NCBI GenBank assembly: GCA_947628185.1
Contig: CANQYW010000008.1
Span: 3,354 to 67,353 of the forward strand
Reading direction: 5' to 3'
Origin: an uncultured Oscillospiraceae bacterium
Lineage (GTDB): Bacteria > Bacillota > Clostridia > Oscillospirales > Oscillospiraceae
DNA: 64,000 bases
The notes beneath the pieces are model-generated. The model ran no database searches and was not told the origin of the DNA. It saw only the letters and a program-made list of their open reading frames with translations. Both the position numbers and the translations under genes were made by a program. Of the stretch, positions 53,520 through 63,329 are shown piece after piece (the first letter of the stretch is position 1; each line of letters begins with the position of its first letter).

Positions 53520-55292
53520 ATGTACACCAAAAACAAGGCCGTTCTCTCCTGGGTCGAGGAAATGGCCGCGATGACCAAACCCGACAGCATCGTCTGGATC
53601 GACGGCTCCGAGGAGCAGCTTGAATCTCTCCGTCAGGAGGCCTACAAGACCGGCGAGCTTATCAAGCTCAATCAGGAAGTTCTGCCCGGTTGCGTATATC
53701 ACCGCAGCGCCGTCAACGATGTCGCCCGCGTTGAGGACCGCACCTTCATCTGCTGTGAGCGCAAGGAGGACGCCGGCCCCACAAATAACTGGATGGACCC
53801 CGCCGAGATGCACAAGATGCTCAATGAGATATATGACGGCTCCATGCGCGGCCGCACCATGTATGTCATCCCCTACTCCATGTCCATCGTCGGCTCCCCC
53901 TTCGCCAAGTACGGCATTGAGCTGACGGACTCCATCTACGTGGTCGTCTCCATGGCCATCATGACCCGCGTGGGCCTCGATGTCTATGACGCCCTCGGCG
54001 ACAGCCCCGACTTCATCAAGGGCCTCCACTCCAAGGCTCAGCTCGACGCCGAGAAACGCTATATCGTCCACTTCCCCCAGGAGAACACCATCATGTCCGT
54101 CAACTCCGGTTACGGCGGAAACGTCCTCCTCGGCAAGAAGTGCTTTGCTCTGCGCATAGCCTCCTGCCTGGGCCGTGACGAGGGCTGGATGGCCGAGCAC
54201 ATGCTCATACTGGGCGTAGAGTTCCCCAACGGCGAGATCCACTACATCTCCGCCGCCTTCCCCTCCGCCTGCGGCAAGACCAACCTCGCCATGCTCATCC
54301 CCCCCGAGGGATACAGGGCCAAGGGCTACAAGGTCTGGACCGTTGGCGACGATATCGCCTGGATCCGTCCGGGTCCCGACGGCCGCCTCTGGGCGGTGAA
54401 CCCGGAGAACGGTTTCTTCGGCGTGGCCCCCGGCACCTCCATGAAGTCCAACCCCAACGCCATGATGTCCACCAACAAGAACACCATATTCACGAACGTG
54501 GTGCTCAAGCCCGACGGAACGGTCTGGTGGGAGGGCATGGACAAGAATCCTCCTCACGACGCTCTCAACTGGAAGGGCGAGCCCTGGAACCCCGAGGACG
54601 GCTCCAAGGGCGCTCACCCCAACTCCCGTTTCACCGCTCCCGCCCGCAACTGCCCCTGCCTCTCCAAGGAGTATGACAATCCCCAGGGCGTTCCTCTGGA
54701 CGCCATGCTGTTCGGCGGCCGCCGCGCCAAGACCGCTCCCCTGGTATATCAGTCCCGTGACTGGAACCACGGCGTGTTCCTGGGCGCCACCGTCGCCTCC
54801 GAGACCACTGCCGCCGCCACCGGCGCTGTGGGCGTAGTCCGCCGCGACCCCATGTCCATGCGTCCCTTCATCGGCTACCACGTGGCCGACTACTGGCAGC
54901 ACTGGATCGACATGGGCAGAGACCCCCGCGTCACCAAGCTCCCCAAGATTTTCCACGTCAACTGGTTCCGCACCGATGACGAGGGCCACTTCCTCTGGCC
55001 GGGCTTTGGCGACAACATGCGCGTCCTTGAGTGGATACTCAAGCGCTGCTCCGGCGAGGTCGATGCCGTCGAGACGCCCATCGGCTACATGCCCAGGCCC
55101 GAGGACATAAACCTCGAGGGCATAGAGGACGAGGTCTCTCTCGACACGCTCCGTGAGCTCCTGACCATCGACAAGGATGTGTGGCGTCAGGAGGCCGCGG
55201 ACATTCGCGGGTTCTTCGACCAGGTCGGCGAGGGCAAGCTCCCCAAGGAGTTGGCAGACTGCCTTGCGACCCTGGAGGAAAACCTCAAGTAA
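53520..55292 (+). CDS. pckG: Phosphoenolpyruvate carboxykinase (GTP-dependent)
   Basis: GTP-PEPCK hallmarks: FPSACGKTNLAML kinase-1a loop and WPGFGDNMRVLEW. Confidence 0.92.
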   Translation: MYTKNKAVLSWVEEMAAMTKPDSIVWIDGSEEQLESLRQEAYKTGELIKLNQEVLPGCVYHRSAVNDVARVEDRTFICCERKEDAGPTNNWMDPAEMHKMLNEIYDGSMRGRTMYVIPYSMSIVGSPFAKYGIELTDSIYVVVSMAIMTRVGLDVYDALGDSPDFIKGLHSKAQLDAEKRYIVHFPQENTIMSVNSGYGGNVLLGKKCFALRIASCLGRDEGWMAEHMLILGVEFPNGEIHYISAAFPSACGKTNLAMLIPPEGYRAKGYKVWTVGDDIAWIRPGPDGRLWAVNPENGFFGVAPGTSMKSNPNAMMSTNKNTIFTNVVLKPDGTVWWEGMDKNPPHDALNWKGEPWNPEDGSKGAHPNSRFTAPARNCPCLSKEYDNPQGVPLDAMLFGGRRAKTAPLVYQSRDWNHGVFLGATVASETTAAATGAVGVVRRDPMSMRPFIGYHVADYWQHWIDMGRDPRVTKLPKIFHVNWFRTDDEGHFLWPGFGDNMRVLEWILKRCSGEVDAVETPIGYMPRPEDINLEGIEDEVSLDTLRELLTIDKDVWRQEAADIRGFFDQVGEGKLPKELADCLATLEENLK

Positions 55293-55321
55293 GGTTAGTT
55301 TCTTAAAATAAGTGCAAAAGA

Positions 55322-55355
55322 GAGCGAGGAGTTTCGGCCCCTCGCTCTTTTCTTA
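55322..55355 (+). terminator. Terminator after pck
   Basis: AGAGCGAGG / CCTCGCTCT stem followed by TTTCTT. Confidence 0.7.
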
Positions 55356-55421
55356 TATCCCCCACCCTATCTTTCAATTGAGTCTGTGAAATAATCTCCG
55401 ATTCGGCTCAAACAATATCTC

Positions 55422-55766
55422 CTATAAAAGCCTTATCTCAATACCCACCACTCCGTATTTCTCCTGCTGCTCCTTCGTGTAGTATGTGTCCATGTCACGG
55501 GGCGAGGCGGAGGCGATATTCTCCTCGGTATATCCGCATTTTAGCAGCGGGAGACGGCGGTAGAGTTCATCGAAGGAGTCGAAGACGAAAAGGTCAACGA
55601 CCTCCGCCGTCAGCACCTCGTTCGGGCCGTCAATTTTGATGAAAGTGATCACGTCACCGATTTTAATTTTTCTTCTCTTCTCATCGTATAGGCGCAGTTC
55701 GATCGTCTTTCTGCCGCTTTTGATGAGCTCAAAGGGTGACGGGAAAAGTCTCATGGTGTGTGTCAT
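55422..55766 (-). CDS. ASCH-domain protein
   Basis: LIKSGRKTIELRLYDEKRRKIKIGDVITF beta-barrel ASCH pattern. Confidence 0.75.
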   Translation of the reverse strand: MTHTMRLFPSPFELIKSGRKTIELRLYDEKRRKIKIGDVITFIKIDGPNEVLTAEVVDLFVFDSFDELYRRLPLLKCGYTEENIASASPRDMDTYYTKEQQEKYGVVGIEIRLL

Positions 55767-55897
55767 GTCAAGCGCCCCGTGAAGTGGACCTGAACCACCG
55801 ACTTGCGGGGCTCCGATGCCTGCTGCGGCGCGGTGTCCATAACCTCAGTAGGCTCATCGCCCGAGTGTTCCGCGGCGAATCCTATCTTGAATGCCAT
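55763..55897 (-). CDS. Unlisted 44-codon ORF translationally coupled to the ASCH gene
   Basis: Hand translation: MAFKIGFAAEHSGDEPTEVMDTAPQQASEPRKSVVQVHFTGRLT. GAGGAGG lies 6 nt before ATG 55897. The stop TGA overlaps the ASCH ATG (ATGA). Confidence 0.45.
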   Translation of the reverse strand: MAFKIGFAAEHSGDEPTEVMDTAPQQASEPRKSVVQVHFTGRLT

Positions 55898-55913
55898 GCT
55901 CCGAACCTCCTCG

Positions 55914-56615
55914 TTAATATAAGTTTTCCTCACTATTTAATCTCTCTGTGATGAGTTTCGCGACGCCGCGGTGCAGTTCCTCGATAGCCTGTTTATTGCC
56001 CCAAATGAGCTTTTCGGCGCGTTCTATCCTGTCCTCCATTTTATCAAACTGCTCGTCGCTCAAGGGGAGCTCGACATCAGGAAACAGCTCGTCGATAATG
56101 CGCCGCATTAGACCAGCAAATTGCGCGGCTCCGATCTCATTTAGGGCGTCGATCATCTCCGGGATGTGATCAAAAGCGAGTATCTCATCGATATCATCCG
56201 ATAAACCGTCACTGAATTTCAAAACGAGCGCGAGGAGCTGCTCATCCGGAGATAGTTCAAATATACGGTCCCCGAATATGGCGCTACGGAACTTTTCAAA
56301 GTGGAATGAGGGCAAAGGGGACATATTTTGGCCGGAACAAATATAAAATTCATTGTATGAGTCCTTCCGCCACGCGCCTGCCCTTATGAGCTCGATGTTA
56401 TACTCCGGGAGGCCGCTGTCACGGACCACGGCGTTCCGCTCAAAATAGGCGATGTAGTCCACAATGTAATAGGCGCCGGCCCTCGGAACCTCCGCGCTTA
56501 TTGTCCCGCCATTTTTTATTTTCCCCGCAAACTGGCCGTTAATATAGATGCGGTACGGCAGGAGCGCCCCCGCGAACGCCGGTTTCCGGTGGATAGTGAA
56601 ACGAACATTCCCCAT
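55914..56615 (-). CDS. Hypothetical protein (beta-rich N-domain plus helical C-domain)
   Basis: ATG 56615 follows GGGGGTGA; the track start at 56630 is a TTG. No confident family assignment. Confidence 0.6.
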   Translation of the reverse strand: MGNVRFTIHRKPAFAGALLPYRIYINGQFAGKIKNGGTISAEVPRAGAYYIVDYIAYFERNAVVRDSGLPEYNIELIRAGAWRKDSYNEFYICSGQNMSPLPSFHFEKFRSAIFGDRIFELSPDEQLLALVLKFSDGLSDDIDEILAFDHIPEMIDALNEIGAAQFAGLMRRIIDELFPDVELPLSDEQFDKMEDRIERAEKLIWGNKQAIEELHRGVAKLITERLNSEENLY

Positions 56616-56691
56616 GGTTTTCACCCCCAAAACTTAATAAAGAAAGGACCCTAACTTCGATACACTTTGTATCAAAATCAGGGTCCTTATT

Positions 56692-56765
56692 TGGCAGCGG
56701 GAGAAGGATTCGAACCCTCACATACGGAGTCAGAGTCCGCTGTGCTACCTTTACACAATCCCGCT
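56692..56765 (-). tRNA. tRNA-Gln (anticodon CTG), CCA encoded
   Basis: Folded by hand: acceptor AGCGGGA/TCCCGCT, anticodon arm GCGGA-CTCTGAC-TCCGT, T-arm GAGGG-TTCGAAT-CCTTC. Hairpin AAGGACCCT...AGGGTCCTT lies downstream (56644-56689). Confidence 0.88.
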
Positions 56766-56835
56766 AAACGCAAGTGCTATTATACCCACACGGGGCCTAA
56801 TTGTCAAGGATTTTTTTCAAAAACCCCAAAATTTT

Positions 56836-57840
56836 TTAGGCCCGCCGGACGGTGAGCGGCGGGAGGTCAGACTCCGTGAACTTCACGCCCTTTAAACAAA
56901 ACTCCCCCATGAGCGCTGAGACGTTCGCCCTGTGCTGTCCCGTGGCGGCGGAGGTGCGCCCCTTAGGGACGAGGAACGTGACGACCCTCCCCGCGTCGGA
57001 GGGCCCCAGAAGTTCGCGCTCCCGGGCAAGATAGCGCCTTGAGAGGACAAGTTCCCCCAGCGCCGGGTGGTACGCCCCTCCCGCGGCGTCGCCAGCGCTC
57101 AGCTCCTCCGTGGGGTTGAGCCCCAGGCGAATGACGGGTATGCCGGAGGCGTCAAAGATCTCGGCAAGCTGCGCGCAGAGCCCCACGGCCTCCTCCACAG
57201 TGTGCTCCTGGTACGCGCCGGAGGTCCACATATCGTAGAGGGGCGTCTCGCGGATTATGACGGTGGGGTATATCCGGACGCCGTCAGGGCGCAGACTGCA
57301 AAACTCACGGGCTGTCATGAGGGACCTCTCCGGCGTGTCCCCGGGCAGTCCCGTCATCATCTGGAGTATGAGTTCAAAACCGGCCTCCCTCACCATCTTC
57401 GCGGCGCGGCGGGCGTCCTCCGGGGTGTGGCCGCGCTCCGAGAGGCGCAGGACCTCCTCGTCCATGGACTGGACCCCCAGCTCCACCGTGCGGACGCCGA
57501 AACGGCGCAGGCGCTCCAGGACCGCGTCGTCTATGGCGTCGGGCCGCGTCGAGAGGCGTATGCCGGCTATCTCGCCCCTTGACAAAAATGGCTGCGCCGC
57601 GCCCAGAAGTTCCTCCTGCTCCGCGGCGGGGATCGCCGTGAAACTGCCGCCGTAAAAGGCGAGCGTGACGGGGGTGCCGGCGGGGAGCCGGGCGAGGCCC
57701 TCCGCCACTGCCCTCTCCACGTCCCCGGCGCTGGCCGGGTGCTGCTCACCTGATATCCGTCTCTGGTTGCAAAATACGCACATATGCGGGCACCCCAGGT
57801 GCGGCACGAACACCGGGATTATCGAGCGCCGTGCCGTCAC
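56836..57840 (-). CDS. Radical SAM protein (Elp3/coproporphyrinogen-oxidase-like fold), conserved downstream of rnc
   Basis: CPHMCVFCNQ CxxxCxxC cluster motif near the N-terminus. Confidence 0.75.
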   Translation of the reverse strand: MTARRSIIPVFVPHLGCPHMCVFCNQRRISGEQHPASAGDVERAVAEGLARLPAGTPVTLAFYGGSFTAIPAAEQEELLGAAQPFLSRGEIAGIRLSTRPDAIDDAVLERLRRFGVRTVELGVQSMDEEVLRLSERGHTPEDARRAAKMVREAGFELILQMMTGLPGDTPERSLMTAREFCSLRPDGVRIYPTVIIRETPLYDMWTSGAYQEHTVEEAVGLCAQLAEIFDASGIPVIRLGLNPTEELSAGDAAGGAYHPALGELVLSRRYLARERELLGPSDAGRVVTFLVPKGRTSAATGQHRANVSALMGEFCLKGVKFTESDLPPLTVRRA

Positions 57841-58511
57841 TCCAGCACCTCGAGGGCCCGTTTGGCCGCCTTCTGCTCCGCGTCCTTCTTGCTGTGCCCG
57901 TCTCCGGAGGCCAGGACCCGGCCATTGAGCCGCGCCTCCACCGTGAATGTCTTGCTGTGGTCGGGGCCCGACGTGGCCACTAAGACATACTCAAGGGTCC
58001 GGCCGTTCTTGCGCTGGACAAGCTCCTGGAGCTCGGACTTGTAGTCCCGGCCCAGGACGGCCTCCCCGGCCTCGTAGACGTCAAGTATAAAGCGCCGCAC
58101 GAAACTCTCCGCCGGTTCGAGGCCGCCGTCGAGGTATATGGCGGCCAGGACGGCCTCCACGGCGTCCGCCTTGATGGAGGTCCTGGTGCGGCCCCCGCCA
58201 CGCTCCTCTCCGCGTCCAAGGCGCAGATATCCGCCAAGATCAATGGCCGTCGCCACGCCGTTGAGACTCGTCTCACAGACGAGCTCCGCCCGGAGGCGCG
58301 TCATCTTGCCCTCCGGCAGGTCCTTGTATTTTCCGTATAGGTACCCCGCCACCACGAACCCCAAGACGGCGTCGCCCAAAAACTCCAAGCGCTCGTTGCA
58401 CACCGCCCCGGCGGCCCGGTTCTCGTTGGCGTAGGAGCTGTGGGTCAGGGCGTCAGTGAGGAGGGACTTATTTTTAAATGTGTAACCAAGTTTACTCTCA
58501 AGGTCCTCCAT
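57837..58511 (-). CDS. rnc: Ribonuclease III
   Basis: ALTHSSY...NERLEFLGDAVL signature plus a dsRBD. I prefer ATG 58511 over GTG 58517. Confidence 0.92.
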   Translation of the reverse strand: MEDLESKLGYTFKNKSLLTDALTHSSYANENRAAGAVCNERLEFLGDAVLGFVVAGYLYGKYKDLPEGKMTRLRAELVCETSLNGVATAIDLGGYLRLGRGEERGGGRTRTSIKADAVEAVLAAIYLDGGLEPAESFVRRFILDVYEAGEAVLGRDYKSELQELVQRKNGRTLEYVLVATSGPDHSKTFTVEARLNGRVLASGDGHSKKDAEQKAAKRALEVLE

Positions 58512-58513
58512 GC

Positions 58514-59551
58514 TCACTCCTCACCCCTCGTCTGGGATACCTTCATGTACTCCACGTTACTGGCTATGCTCTCGCACACGCCGCTGTTCACCGTGGCTAT
58601 GGCCTGGCGGACAGCGCCGCGTATGGCGGCGGCATCCGAGGAGCCGTGGGCCTTTATGACGGGTTTCGTTATGCCCAGAAGCGGCGTCCCGCCCACCTCG
58701 GAGGAGTCGGTGAGGCGCTTTAACCCCCGGAGCCCGTCCTTTGTGGCGGTGTAGGCGAGTTTCGTCTTCCAGTTTTTCAAGAATATGGACTTTAGCTCCT
58801 TCATGAAGAATATGCCCATTCCCTCCATGTTTTTAAGGAGGATATTCCCAGTGAAACCGTCGCACACCAGCACGTCGCAGGGGCCGTTCATGACCTCCCG
58901 GGACTCCACGTTCCCCACGAAGTTTATCCGGCCCTCGTCGCCCGCGGCCCTCAGGAGTTTATAGGTCTCCTTATAGAGCTCACTGCCTTTTGTCTCCTCT
59001 GTGCCGATATTGAGAAGGCCCACCTTTGGGTTTTCCACCGACTTAAAGGACTTCACAAAGTAACTGCCCATGTAGGCGAACTGGAGAAGATACTCCGGTG
59101 TACACTCCGCGTTGGCGCCCACGTCCACTAATAGCGTGCCGCCGTTTGAGGGCGTCGGCACCACCGGCGCGAGGCACGCGCGCCTTATCCCCCTTATGCG
59201 CCGCACTATGAGCGTCGCCCCGGTGAGGAGCGCGCCGGTGGAGCCGGCGGACACCATGGCGTCCGCCTTGCCGTCCCGCAGGAGCTTGAGGCCCACCGTC
59301 ATGGAGGAGTCGGTCTTCACGCGGGTGACGGTGGTGGGGTCGTCCTCCATCTCCACCACCTCGCTGGCGTTGGCTATCTCCACGCCCTTGGGGAGGTCGT
59401 CTCTGCCTATCTCCTGCAGGGCGCGGAGTATGTCCTCCCCGCGGCCCACCAATATGATCTCCACGCCCAGCTCCTCGGCCGCCATTATGGCGCCCTTCAC
59501 GGTCTCCAGCGGGGCGTTGTCTCCGCCCATGGCGTCAACTATGATCTTCAT
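58514..59551 (-). CDS. plsX: Phosphate acyltransferase PlsX
   Basis: MKIIVDAMGGDNAP N-terminus. Confidence 0.93.
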   Translation of the reverse strand: MKIIVDAMGGDNAPLETVKGAIMAAEELGVEIILVGRGEDILRALQEIGRDDLPKGVEIANASEVVEMEDDPTTVTRVKTDSSMTVGLKLLRDGKADAMVSAGSTGALLTGATLIVRRIRGIRRACLAPVVPTPSNGGTLLVDVGANAECTPEYLLQFAYMGSYFVKSFKSVENPKVGLLNIGTEETKGSELYKETYKLLRAAGDEGRINFVGNVESREVMNGPCDVLVCDGFTGNILLKNMEGMGIFFMKELKSIFLKNWKTKLAYTATKDGLRGLKRLTDSSEVGGTPLLGITKPVIKAHGSSDAAAIRGAVRQAIATVNSGVCESIASNVEYMKVSQTRGEE

Positions 59552-59569
59552 CTCAATTCCTCCCTGTTT

Positions 59570-60874
59570 CTATGATAGCCTCTCTCTTTTTATCCTCTCT
59601 ATCTCGCCAAGGGCCCTGGCGGATAACGCCAGGTTCTTCTCCCTCTTCTTCCTAACTCTCTCGCCCAGTGGGCTTATGATCCCGAAATTTATATTCATGG
59701 GCTGGAACGCCCCAAGACTGCCGCTGGTGACATATGCCGCCAGCGCGCCTATGGCGGTCTCCGCCGGGAAATCCGCCGCCGGGAGGTCCAGGACCTCCCG
59801 GGCCGTCTCAAGCCCAGCAAGAAGTCCCGACGCCGCCGACTCTATGTAACCTTCCACGCCGGTTATCTGCCCGGCGAACGATATCCTGGGCTCTGTCCTC
59901 AGTCTATAGTACCTATCTAAGAGCTCCGGGGAGTTTAAATACGTGTTCCTGTGCATGACGCCGTACCTGACGAACTCGGCGTTCTTGAGGGCGGGTATCA
60001 TGGAGAGCACCCTCCTCTGCTCCGGGAACTTTAAATGGGTCTGGAACCCCACCATGTTGTAGAGTGTCCCCTCGCGGTTGTCCATTCTGAGCTGCACCAC
60101 GGCGTATGGCTCCCGCCCGGTGCGGGGGTCCCTCAGTCCCACGGGTTTCAACGGGCCGTAGCGGAGGGTGTCAGTGCCCCGCCGGGCCATCACCTCCACC
60201 GGCATACACCCCTCAAAGACGCCGCTGTCGTCAAAGCCGTGGAGCTGTGCCTCCTGGGCGGCGGCCAGCTCCCGGACGAAGGACTCGTACTCCTGCCGTT
60301 CCATGGGGCAGTTTACATAATCATCTGTGCCCTTATCATAGCGGGAGGCGAACCAGGCGCTGTCCATGTCCACGCTCTCGAGGGTTACTATTGGCGCCAC
60401 GGCGTCAAAGAAGTGGAGCTCGGACCCCGCTGTGAGGTCCTGTATGCTCTTGGCGAGAGCGCCATCTGTCAGGGGGCCGGAGGCCACGATGACCCGCCCG
60501 GTGGGGATGGATGTGACCTCCCCCTCCACCACCGTGATATGGGGGTCGCTCCTTATGGTCTCCGTGACTGACCTTGAGAAACCCTCCCTGTCCACCGCCA
60601 GCGCGCCGCCGGCAGGGACGCGGTTTTTGTCCGCGCTCTCCATGATGACGCTGCCGAGGCGGCGCATCTCCTCCTTTAAAAGGCCCACGGCGTTCGTGAG
60701 CTCGTCGCTCCGGAGGGAGTTTGAGCACACGAGCTCCGCGAAGTTATCGGAGACGTGGGCGGGTGAGCGGCGAAGGGGTTTTTGCTCATAGAGCGTCACA
60801 TCGACGCCGCATTTCGCCAGCTGATAGGCCGCCTCACACCCCGCAAGGCCCGCCCCTATGACAGAGACGTTCAC
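59570..60874 (-). CDS. trmFO: Methylenetetrahydrofolate--tRNA-(uracil54-C5)-methyltransferase TrmFO
   Basis: VSVIGAGLAGCEAAYQLA FAD motif. GTG start overlaps the topA stop. Confidence 0.9.
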   Translation of the reverse strand: MNVSVIGAGLAGCEAAYQLAKCGVDVTLYEQKPLRRSPAHVSDNFAELVCSNSLRSDELTNAVGLLKEEMRRLGSVIMESADKNRVPAGGALAVDREGFSRSVTETIRSDPHITVVEGEVTSIPTGRVIVASGPLTDGALAKSIQDLTAGSELHFFDAVAPIVTLESVDMDSAWFASRYDKGTDDYVNCPMERQEYESFVRELAAAQEAQLHGFDDSGVFEGCMPVEVMARRGTDTLRYGPLKPVGLRDPRTGREPYAVVQLRMDNREGTLYNMVGFQTHLKFPEQRRVLSMIPALKNAEFVRYGVMHRNTYLNSPELLDRYYRLRTEPRISFAGQITGVEGYIESAASGLLAGLETAREVLDLPAADFPAETAIGALAAYVTSGSLGAFQPMNINFGIISPLGERVRKKREKNLALSARALGEIERIKRERLS

Positions 60875-63279
60875 ACGGACTCACCCCCGGCGGCCTTCTT
60901 TCGGCTCCGAGTTGTCTTCTTGGGCTCCTCCCCGGGGGCGGTCTCCTTCGCCTTGCTCTTTTTTGCCGTCTTCGCGGGGGCCTTCGCCGTCTTCGTCTCG
61001 GCGGTCTTGGTCTCCGCCTTCTCAGCGGTACGGGTCCGGGTGGACGTCTTTCTACCGGCGGTCTTGGTCTTCGCGGCGGTCTTACCCTCGGCGGGGGCGG
61101 TGTCGCCGGGTGCGGCGCCCTCCGCTGCGCCCTCGGGCGCGGCGGTTTCATCCGTGGGTTTCGGCTCCGTCTTCTTCCTATAGCCCCGCTTATCCTCCGG
61201 GAGGAAGTTGGAGCACTTCTCATTTATGCAGAAGGGTTTTTTGAAACCCTTGCCGGTCTTTTTAAACATTGTGTGGCCGCACTCGGGACAGTTCTCCTTC
61301 ACGGGGACGTCCCAGGTCATAAAGCCGCACTCCTGGCCCCGCTCACAGGCGTAATAGGTGTAGCCGTTTTTGGACGTGCGCTTTAGTATGCGGGAGCCGC
61401 ACTTGGGGCACTTGCCGGGCATCTCCACAACGATGGGCTTTGTGAATTTGCACTCCGGGTACCCTGGACAGGCCAGGAAACGACCAAAACGGCCTGATTT
61501 TATGACGAGCTTGCGCCCGCAGATATCGCAGGTCTCGTCGGTCTCCTCCGCCGGAATCTTTATCCTCTCCCCCTCCAGGGCCGTCTCGGCGCTCTTGAGT
61601 GAGCGCTCGAACCCCTCGTAGAAGTCGCCGAGGACCGACTTCCAGGGCCGCTCACCCTTCTCTACGCCGTCCAGCTGTTCCTCCATGGCGGCGGTGAAAC
61701 CGGGACTCACGATGTCGGAAAATCGCTCCTTCATGAGGTTCGTCACCACCTCGCCCAGGGGCGTGGGGCGGAGGTTCTTGCCCTCCTTCAGCACGTATTC
61801 CCTGTCGAGGATTATGGACACCGTGGGGGCGTAGGTGCTGGGGCGGCCTATGCCCGTCTCCTCCATCTCCCGGATGAGGGTGGCCTCGGTGTAGCGGGCC
61901 GGGGGCTGGGTGAACTTCTGCTCCTTGACGAGCTCCACGAGGTCCACCACCTCACCAACTGTGAGGTCGGGGAGGGGGACCTCCCGCTCCTCCGGCTCCT
62001 CGTCCCGGCCCTCCTCATACACTGCGGTGAAACCGGGGAATTTTATGACGGAGCAGCTTGAGCGGAAAAGCACACCGGCGGACTCAAAGTCCATGGTCAC
62101 GCTGTCATAGACAGCGACGGACATTTGGCTCGCGATAAATCTATTCCATATGAGGCGGTAGAGCCTATACTGGTCGTTCGGCAGGCTGGAGCGGACCCTG
62201 TCGGGCGTGAGCTCGGGGTCTGAGGGCCTTATGGCCTCGTGGGCGTCCTGGGCGGAGTTCTTATTTTTAAAGCGCCGTGGGGTCCCGGGGTAGTAGGGCT
62301 CGCCGTAACGGCCCCGGATGACTCTCCCCGCGGCGGCCAGAGCCTCCTCCGAGAGGCGCAGGGAGTCCGTTCTCATGTAGGTTATGAGGCCCAGCGTGCC
62401 AACTCCGGCTATATCCACGCCCTCATAGAGCTGCTGGGCCACGGCCATGGTGCGCCGGGGCGTCATGCCAAGTTTCCGGGACGCCTCCTGCTGCAAGGTG
62501 GAGGTTATGAAGGGCGGCGCCGGGGAGCGCTTTGAGTCCTTGCGCTTGACGCTCTTTACGAAAAACGGGGAGTTCTTCACAAGGGCCTCCACCCGCTCCA
62601 CGTCCTCCAGGGACTTTATCTCCCTCTTCTTGCCCTCCTCCCCGTAGTAGCGGGCGAGGAATGCCGGGGCCTTGCCGCTCTTGAGGCGCGCGTCCAGGAG
62701 CCAGTACTCCTCCGGGACGAAGGCGCGGATGGCCTCCTCCCTGTCCACCACGAGGCGCGTGGCCACGGACTGGACGCGCCCGGCGGAGAGCCCGTACTTT
62801 ATCTTCTTCCAAAGGAGCGGCGAGAGCTCGTAGCCCACTATGCGGTCAAGTATCCGCCTGGCCTGCTGGGCGTCCACCAGGTTCTGGTCTATGGGCCGGG
62901 GCCGCTTTATGCTCTCGGTGACCACCTTTTTCGTTATCTCGTTGAATGTGACCCGGTAGACCTCGTCGTCCGGGATGTTCAGGAGCTGCTTGAGGTGCCA
63001 GGATATGGCCTCCCCCTCCCGGTCCGGGTCGGTGGCCAGGTACACCCTGTCGCTGGCCTTGGCCGCCCGCTCCAGGGCCTTTATCGTGTCCTCCCTGCCC
63101 TTCACCGGCTGGTAGTCAGGGATGAAACCCCCGGCAATGTCCACGCCCATCCTGCTCTTGGGGAGATCCCGGAGGTGGCCCATGGAGGCCTCCACCTCAT
63201 AGTCCGGGCCCAGATATTTGCCTATCGTCTTGGCCTTCGCGGGCGACTCGACGATAACAAGATTATGTGCTTTTGCCAT
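60871..63279 (-). CDS. topA: DNA topoisomerase I with three C4 zinc ribbons and a ~105-aa Lys/Ala/Thr-rich tail
   Basis: MAKAHNLVIVESPAKAKTIGKYLG TOPRIM N-terminus, catalytic-Tyr region GLITYMRTDS, CxxC...CxxC ribbons. Confidence 0.95.
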   Translation of the reverse strand: MAKAHNLVIVESPAKAKTIGKYLGPDYEVEASMGHLRDLPKSRMGVDIAGGFIPDYQPVKGREDTIKALERAAKASDRVYLATDPDREGEAISWHLKQLLNIPDDEVYRVTFNEITKKVVTESIKRPRPIDQNLVDAQQARRILDRIVGYELSPLLWKKIKYGLSAGRVQSVATRLVVDREEAIRAFVPEEYWLLDARLKSGKAPAFLARYYGEEGKKREIKSLEDVERVEALVKNSPFFVKSVKRKDSKRSPAPPFITSTLQQEASRKLGMTPRRTMAVAQQLYEGVDIAGVGTLGLITYMRTDSLRLSEEALAAAGRVIRGRYGEPYYPGTPRRFKNKNSAQDAHEAIRPSDPELTPDRVRSSLPNDQYRLYRLIWNRFIASQMSVAVYDSVTMDFESAGVLFRSSCSVIKFPGFTAVYEEGRDEEPEEREVPLPDLTVGEVVDLVELVKEQKFTQPPARYTEATLIREMEETGIGRPSTYAPTVSIILDREYVLKEGKNLRPTPLGEVVTNLMKERFSDIVSPGFTAAMEEQLDGVEKGERPWKSVLGDFYEGFERSLKSAETALEGERIKIPAEETDETCDICGRKLVIKSGRFGRFLACPGYPECKFTKPIVVEMPGKCPKCGSRILKRTSKNGYTYYACERGQECGFMTWDVPVKENCPECGHTMFKKTGKGFKKPFCINEKCSNFLPEDKRGYRKKTEPKPTDETAAPEGAAEGAAPGDTAPAEGKTAAKTKTAGRKTSTRTRTAEKAETKTAETKTAKAPAKTAKKSKAKETAPGEEPKKTTRSRKKAAGGESV

Positions 63280-63329
63280 CTCAAACCTTCTTTAATTCAA
63301 TGCTGTTCCGTTACCACGGGTGCAGTTCG

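Noticed and set aside
53502-54989. 495-aa minus-strand ORF opposite pck, and a 292-aa plus-strand ORF (22712..23590) opposite hydA.
   Set aside because: Same artefact. The sense-strand proteins carry unmistakable PEPCK and H-cluster motifs.
58514-58520. Absence of acpP/fab genes between plsX and rnc as a possible deletion.
   Set aside because: The gene junction is tight and clean, with the stop and start a few nt apart. Gene order varies among Clostridia, and nothing in the sequence indicates decay.
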